A stretch of 42,168 nucleotides of DNA from Nemertoderma westbladi (Eukaryota > Animalia > Xenacoelomorpha). Below the pieces are notes generated by a model. That model searched no databases and had not been told where the DNA came from. It saw nothing but the letters and a program-made list of their open reading frames with translations. Within the stretch, counting starts at the first letter, position 1. Every line of letters starts with the position of its first letter. Below are positions 37,097-42,168 of the stretch, in pieces. The position numbers were made by a program, and so were the translations under genes. The DNA is taken from assembly GCA_032718475.1 (NCBI GenBank), contig JAUCBJ010001752.1, forward strand, positions 1-42,168, in the 5' to 3' direction.

Positions 37097-39184
37097 GTTT
37101 GTGAACTATATATGAACTATATAATAGAGAATATAGTTGTAACTACAGCATATCTTTCATACACACGACAGTAAAACATACACTATGGATCAAAAAGACT
37201 CCAAGAAAATGAATAAAATTGTTAAACTAACCCAAAATTTTGGTGATAATAATAATAATAATAATAATTTTTAACAATAATCATATATTTATTGTAGGGC
37301 GCCTATAGAAATATTAGATTTAGGCCCAGAATTCGATCAGGTTCGGGATAAATATAATAAGAATAAGGATAATATAACAGTGTTATTTACTTGACCAAGC
37401 GTCGTTACAATTATTTATATAAAATAAATGTGCTAACTGCAGTAGCGGCAGGCAGGAGCTGCATATTGCATAGTAGTTTGGCGGCTTTGTGCCTTATGTT
37501 TGTTTGGCAGAGAAATATGTATAACTAGAACTTATATTTTATAAGAGGGCGAAGACCTTCACCCCACCAATTGAATTTGGCAACGGCTATCATGTCAATG
37601 GTACCGAGTAACTCAGTATATATTATTATTTAACCATTATTATTCTGGACGTAGGCCTCCATTAGCTATATTAAAATAAATAAAGATAATATGTATGAAA
37701 TAAAATATGTACCAATATACTCAATAGTAAATGATATACAAAAAATTACACATTAAAACTGTCCTCTATAATCGACATGCCACATTGCAGCTACATTAAG
37801 AATGCTGTGCCGGCTTATCAACAAAATTGCGCCGACACAACTCCCTATCACCCATGACTTTCGCGAGATCATCTCCAGGGCCTTTAGGAGGCGTCTCAAG
37901 AAAGTCATGGGCTGTTGTACACCATGCTTATTCCCACCAAAGCACAAGATCGTGCAGAGGTTGGTCCTCACGCCAAAATGAGAATATCCATATTATGTGA
38001 AATCAAACCCAAATATTTTAGAAAATTACGGAATCAGAGAAACCCACCAACAGCACTAAAACTAGTTAAGACTGTCAAATGGTCAGCAATATTGTAAAAA
38101 AAAAACGATAAATGCCGCACAAAGAACACAAGTGGCAGATCAGAGATCAGTACTTATTATTATCAGCTTGGTAGTGGGAAGTGAAGTGGAATCCGGGCAA
38201 TCATATCGACCACATCTCGGACGTTTACCGTCAATTATTCCCTCAGAGATCACGATATCCCTCGGATATTCCCCCAGTCGACCAATAATGTCCGTTTTAG
38301 AAAATCCGCAGGAACCAATTTTGATGAATACTTTAAAGTTTCCACTAAAGCGTATTCCCAATTATAGTATAGCCCAGTATAACTGAAGTTTCCAACTGGG
38401 CCCATTGCCTGTATTATTGCTCGTTGGGAATTCCACACCATGTAATTATTGTGCGAAGACGAACTAGAACTCCAGGAATCACCTTGACCCAGGGCCCAAC
38501 ACTAGGTATAACCATTGTAAGTGCCATTCGAGTAGTAAACCAACCCACTCCATTTGCCCTGCGAGTTGGGGGTCAATATACCACTTAAGGTAAACTGCGT
38601 CCCGCAGCGAACAACCTTCTAAATGAGACGTAGGATTTCTAAACAACCCTGGGTGGTCCGGGTCAGCATACCCGCAACTGGGAAAGTAGGGAGAGGATAT
38701 TTAAACATGTTGGAAGCCACTTATCTTAGCCGAGTCGACTGGAAGTAATGGGACCTTTTATGGGGCCGGGAATTCTCAAACGTTTTCAATTATGAAGTAA
38801 AGTCCTTGACACTTTAAAAATTGAATCTAACATTCTAAGAGCCTAAGTTAGACGTGAGTACAATGGAAATGTTTTTTTTTTAGAAACAAACTGGGAAAAG
38901 TAATGTTATTCTTATGCGAAAAAAATAAAAAATAAGTATTGGAAAAAAGTTAGGTTTTTTATTTTAAACTTAAAATTTCTACGAGTGTAAATCTCAATTC
39001 TCGCAGACAGAGTAACTGCATGTCAACTAGTGATAGAATATAGTACCTGTACTAATGAGCTAATTTATATCACAGTTTTTTTTATAAAATAATAATTAAG
39101 TGCATTTTTCAAATAAGAAGATACTATATTTGGTGACGTGTACGAGATTGAAATGAACACATTATAAAATAATTTTCATTGCAG

Positions 39185-39323
39185 GGCGCAAAGAATGACA
39201 AGGTCTATTTGCTACAAGTGACGATTCAACATCTTAAGGAATTACAGGATTGTAACACAAGCGATTCGTCGGTGGAGAGAGATTCCGTACAGAATACATC
39301 GAATAACAGCGATAACCTCAATA
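39185..39323 (+). CDS. bHLH-Orange transcription factor, exon 3: loop and helix 2
   Basis: TTTTCATTGCAG| acceptor, phase 0; GAKNDKVYLLQVTIQHLKELQ aligns with family KLEKAEILEMTVxYLRxL; A|GTAAGT donor. Confidence 0.85.
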
Positions 39324-41175
39324 GTAAGTAAAACCATAAGCAGTAATATAAACAGGCAATCATTTCGGTATCAGTTTATTGTAGTAAACGCATTAAACAC
39401 GAAATATGTTCAATTCAAGACTCCTGAAATAATATTTGAATACCGCCAAATATAGACTTATATTCCCTCACCATCATGCGTTATGGGCACGTGCTGTGTG
39501 ATGTATTATTATTACAATATAAACAAGATACGAAACTGACCTTCGAGCTTTCATCATTGACATACTACCTAACTGACAAATTCCATTGCGCATTAAAATG
39601 TCCTTTAATCCAATTAAGAAGTAGTCCTTAGACTTAAAGGTGGATTAAAGGGAAATTTTCCCAAAAACCTGACCATTCGAGTCCCTTATAATTTCCAACC
39701 TATGTTGCCTCACGTTTTGCTATCAAAGTCATTATTCAGAGATTAAGTAAACGCTAAAGCAGAGTCTTTAAAGATTTACTACTGTAAACAAGAGCAATGC
39801 ACGCATGGGGGTCTGTGATGTAATCTCTTTAATTGAATTAATGGGGCCATTTCCTTTACCAAACGAAGCTTAAACTTTAGAGATGTTAGCCTTTTAATCT
39901 GCTAGTAAATCCTGATGCGATATCATCGTGGTAGTGGGACAACGGAAATCTTTGCGAGGAAAGATATAGTGAAACGGTCGCTTCCGAAGCAAAAATCTGG
40001 CCGATAACATCATTATTTACAATTTACAAGGTCCTAATTACACCCACTGGTCACAACAACCTGTAGTCGCACCATACGGTATAGGAAAGACCTAAAGAGC
40101 TTCAGTAAACATTGGAGTTTATATCTTATAATCTCGTAATTGAAATCGCACACACAAAATACCGTCGCATAATAGGAAACACAAGAATGTTGACTGCACT
40201 AGGGGCGCCGCTATATAGCCGAACTTACATTCACTGATCAAATAGTTTCAACAGTAATTTTCAGAAGTGTCACAGTTTCCAAAAAATTTCAAATATGCAG
40301 TCAGGAATACATTCCCTTGTAATGTGGTGTTTGATGCAGTGATGTACTAATAATATTAATATAACAGTTGAAATCAACACAAGAAAATATTTTAAATAAT
40401 AAGATGCGAGGAAGCGGATTCCTTTCAAGACTGTTTCATTCCAATTACAAATAACTGCGCTAAGCCCAGTGCCGTCGTCTTCCCTTATCCAAAGGCGAAG
40501 TGTACGCTAATGATTTACACTAAGAAGACGACTTATAGCAATTATTTGTATAATTACAAAGGGCTACCGAACTAAAACCAAAACACTCCAAAGGCCCTTT
40601 AAATAGTGATCGATGCAATTGACAGAACACTTTCGAGACCTTTAAGAAACATTTAAACAGGTCTCTAAACTGACGTACCTTACAAATTCCCTATTTAACT
40701 TCCAATTGCTCTGCCTAACAAAAGAGCAACGCGGACATGAAACGGCCTCTGAATGAAACGGGAACAATGGCTCGCCCCCAGGCCTCCGCCCATTTAAACA
40801 AACAGTAAGTCATTCCCTTTAAATCCGCTTCGGTCGTTCAAGAGAAAGTGTCAAGGTTTGGAATGCCGCCCGGGACTAGTTATTATAATGGGTGGCAGCT
40901 GGTAGGGTAGCACATGCTCAAATATAATCCTAGCCTGGGGATAACTCCCACGGGATCACTGATTCACGGGGCTGTTAGTGTTGATATGTAAACTGCGAAA
41001 TGAGCGCCGATTCAGTCGGTGGAAAACAAACTTCTGTGAAATCCATGGAAGGAAAAGCACTACAGAACTTCTAGCCGAAACAATGTTGTTGAAAGCGAAC
41101 GAAAATGTAAAAATAGTCCCATATAGGGCCTAATACGTAAGATGTGAATTCATTTTCATTACATTAAATTTTTAG

Positions 41176-41344
41176 AAACACCAGAAAGATGTCTCCCAGA
41201 GGAGGTTATGAGAGAAGGTTATAGGGACTGCTCAACGGAAGTATTTAATTTCCTAATGACATCGATTGGGTTGGACAATACTCATCCTTTAGTCTCTGGA
41301 CTGAAAAATCATTTAGAAAAGCGAGAGAAGTCTTTGGAATGGAG
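41176..41344 (+). CDS. bHLH-Orange transcription factor, exon 4: Orange domain (gene probably continues beyond the window)
   Basis: TTTTTAG| acceptor, phase 1 matches; MREGYRDCSTEVFNFLMTSIGLDNTHPLVSGLKNHL fits the Orange pattern; probable donor AG|GTTGGT at 41344. Confidence 0.85.
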
Positions 41345-42168
41345 GTTGGTTGGGATTCTAATATGATAATTATTTTGTTACATTATGTCAACTTATCAGC
41401 GTTCTGGTGAATTACTCGTAACGCTGCAAAGTACTACTTTGAAGCGTTGTGAGCTATAGGATGGACCGCTGCAAAGTAATCAATGACATGGAAACAACTT
41501 CAATTACCGTATTCCATTTGTTCCAATGTATTATTCCCATTTATATTAATGAGTGCTGCTTTATTATCCAGTTTGCAGTGACGCGACTAGCTACTGTATG
41601 TATATAATTGTTTAACGTGTACTGTAATCTACTATGGCGAGACTTCCAATAGAAACACTTATGACCACAAATGACCAAAGAAAATGGCAACAGTGTTCAG
41701 TAAAACTGAACGGACACAGACGGTGTATAAGTTTGCTTCAGTCGACTTTAGTCAAAATGGATTAATGATTTATCACAACCAAGCAGGAGATAACTTCCAA
41801 TAAACTTTAATTAGATTTAAATGTATAATTAATACTGTGTACCTGCTAATAAATTTCACTTATATTAGATATAGTACATGATTAAAATGTATAAATGAGT
41901 ATCCATAGAATCCTTTCTTCACATACCGAACGCTGAGAAGTTGACAAAATGTAACAAAATTACATACATCATTGTGTGCAAAGGTCACTTTTCAGCGTTA
42001 AAGACCCTTGTTTATTTATGTAAACTTCCCTCGCTGCGCTCGCTTGGTACTTAAATAAACTCGGGTCATAACGCTGCAAAGTGCTACTTTGCACACAATG
42101 ATGTAAATACATAGTTATTACAACTCTAACTGATTAATTTATAAAATAAAATATAAAAAATGAAAATC

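Overview
AT-rich animal (probably invertebrate) genomic DNA, rich in transposons; GT-AG introns and Nin/Deu-type SINEs indicate it is not prokaryotic. Host genes: an intronless actin (17720-18850, +) with a TATA/Inr/CCAAT promoter; a multi-exon bHLH-Orange (HELT/Hey/cwo-like) transcription factor missed by the ORF track (exons at 33141, 33706, 39185, 41176, +); and an intronless CYP2-clan cytochrome P450 nested antisense in its second intron. Two nearly intact APE-RT non-LTR retrotransposons flank the actin. LINE-A (7862-16696) has a 1757-aa ORF1 (10-aa tandem repeat, Ulp1/C48 protease-like domain, coiled coil, RRM-like domain) and sits between near-identical 555-bp direct repeats. LINE-B (20141-24390) has ORF1 and ORF2 in the same frame, separated by one TGA, and is inserted into an older antisense LINE. 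Also present: a ~2.9-kb diverged palindrome (about 1600-4490), two foldback-type elements, a hAT MITE, two tRNA-derived SINEs and a 3.7-kb (GCCCAY)n microsatellite. All calls are by eye; no database searches were run.
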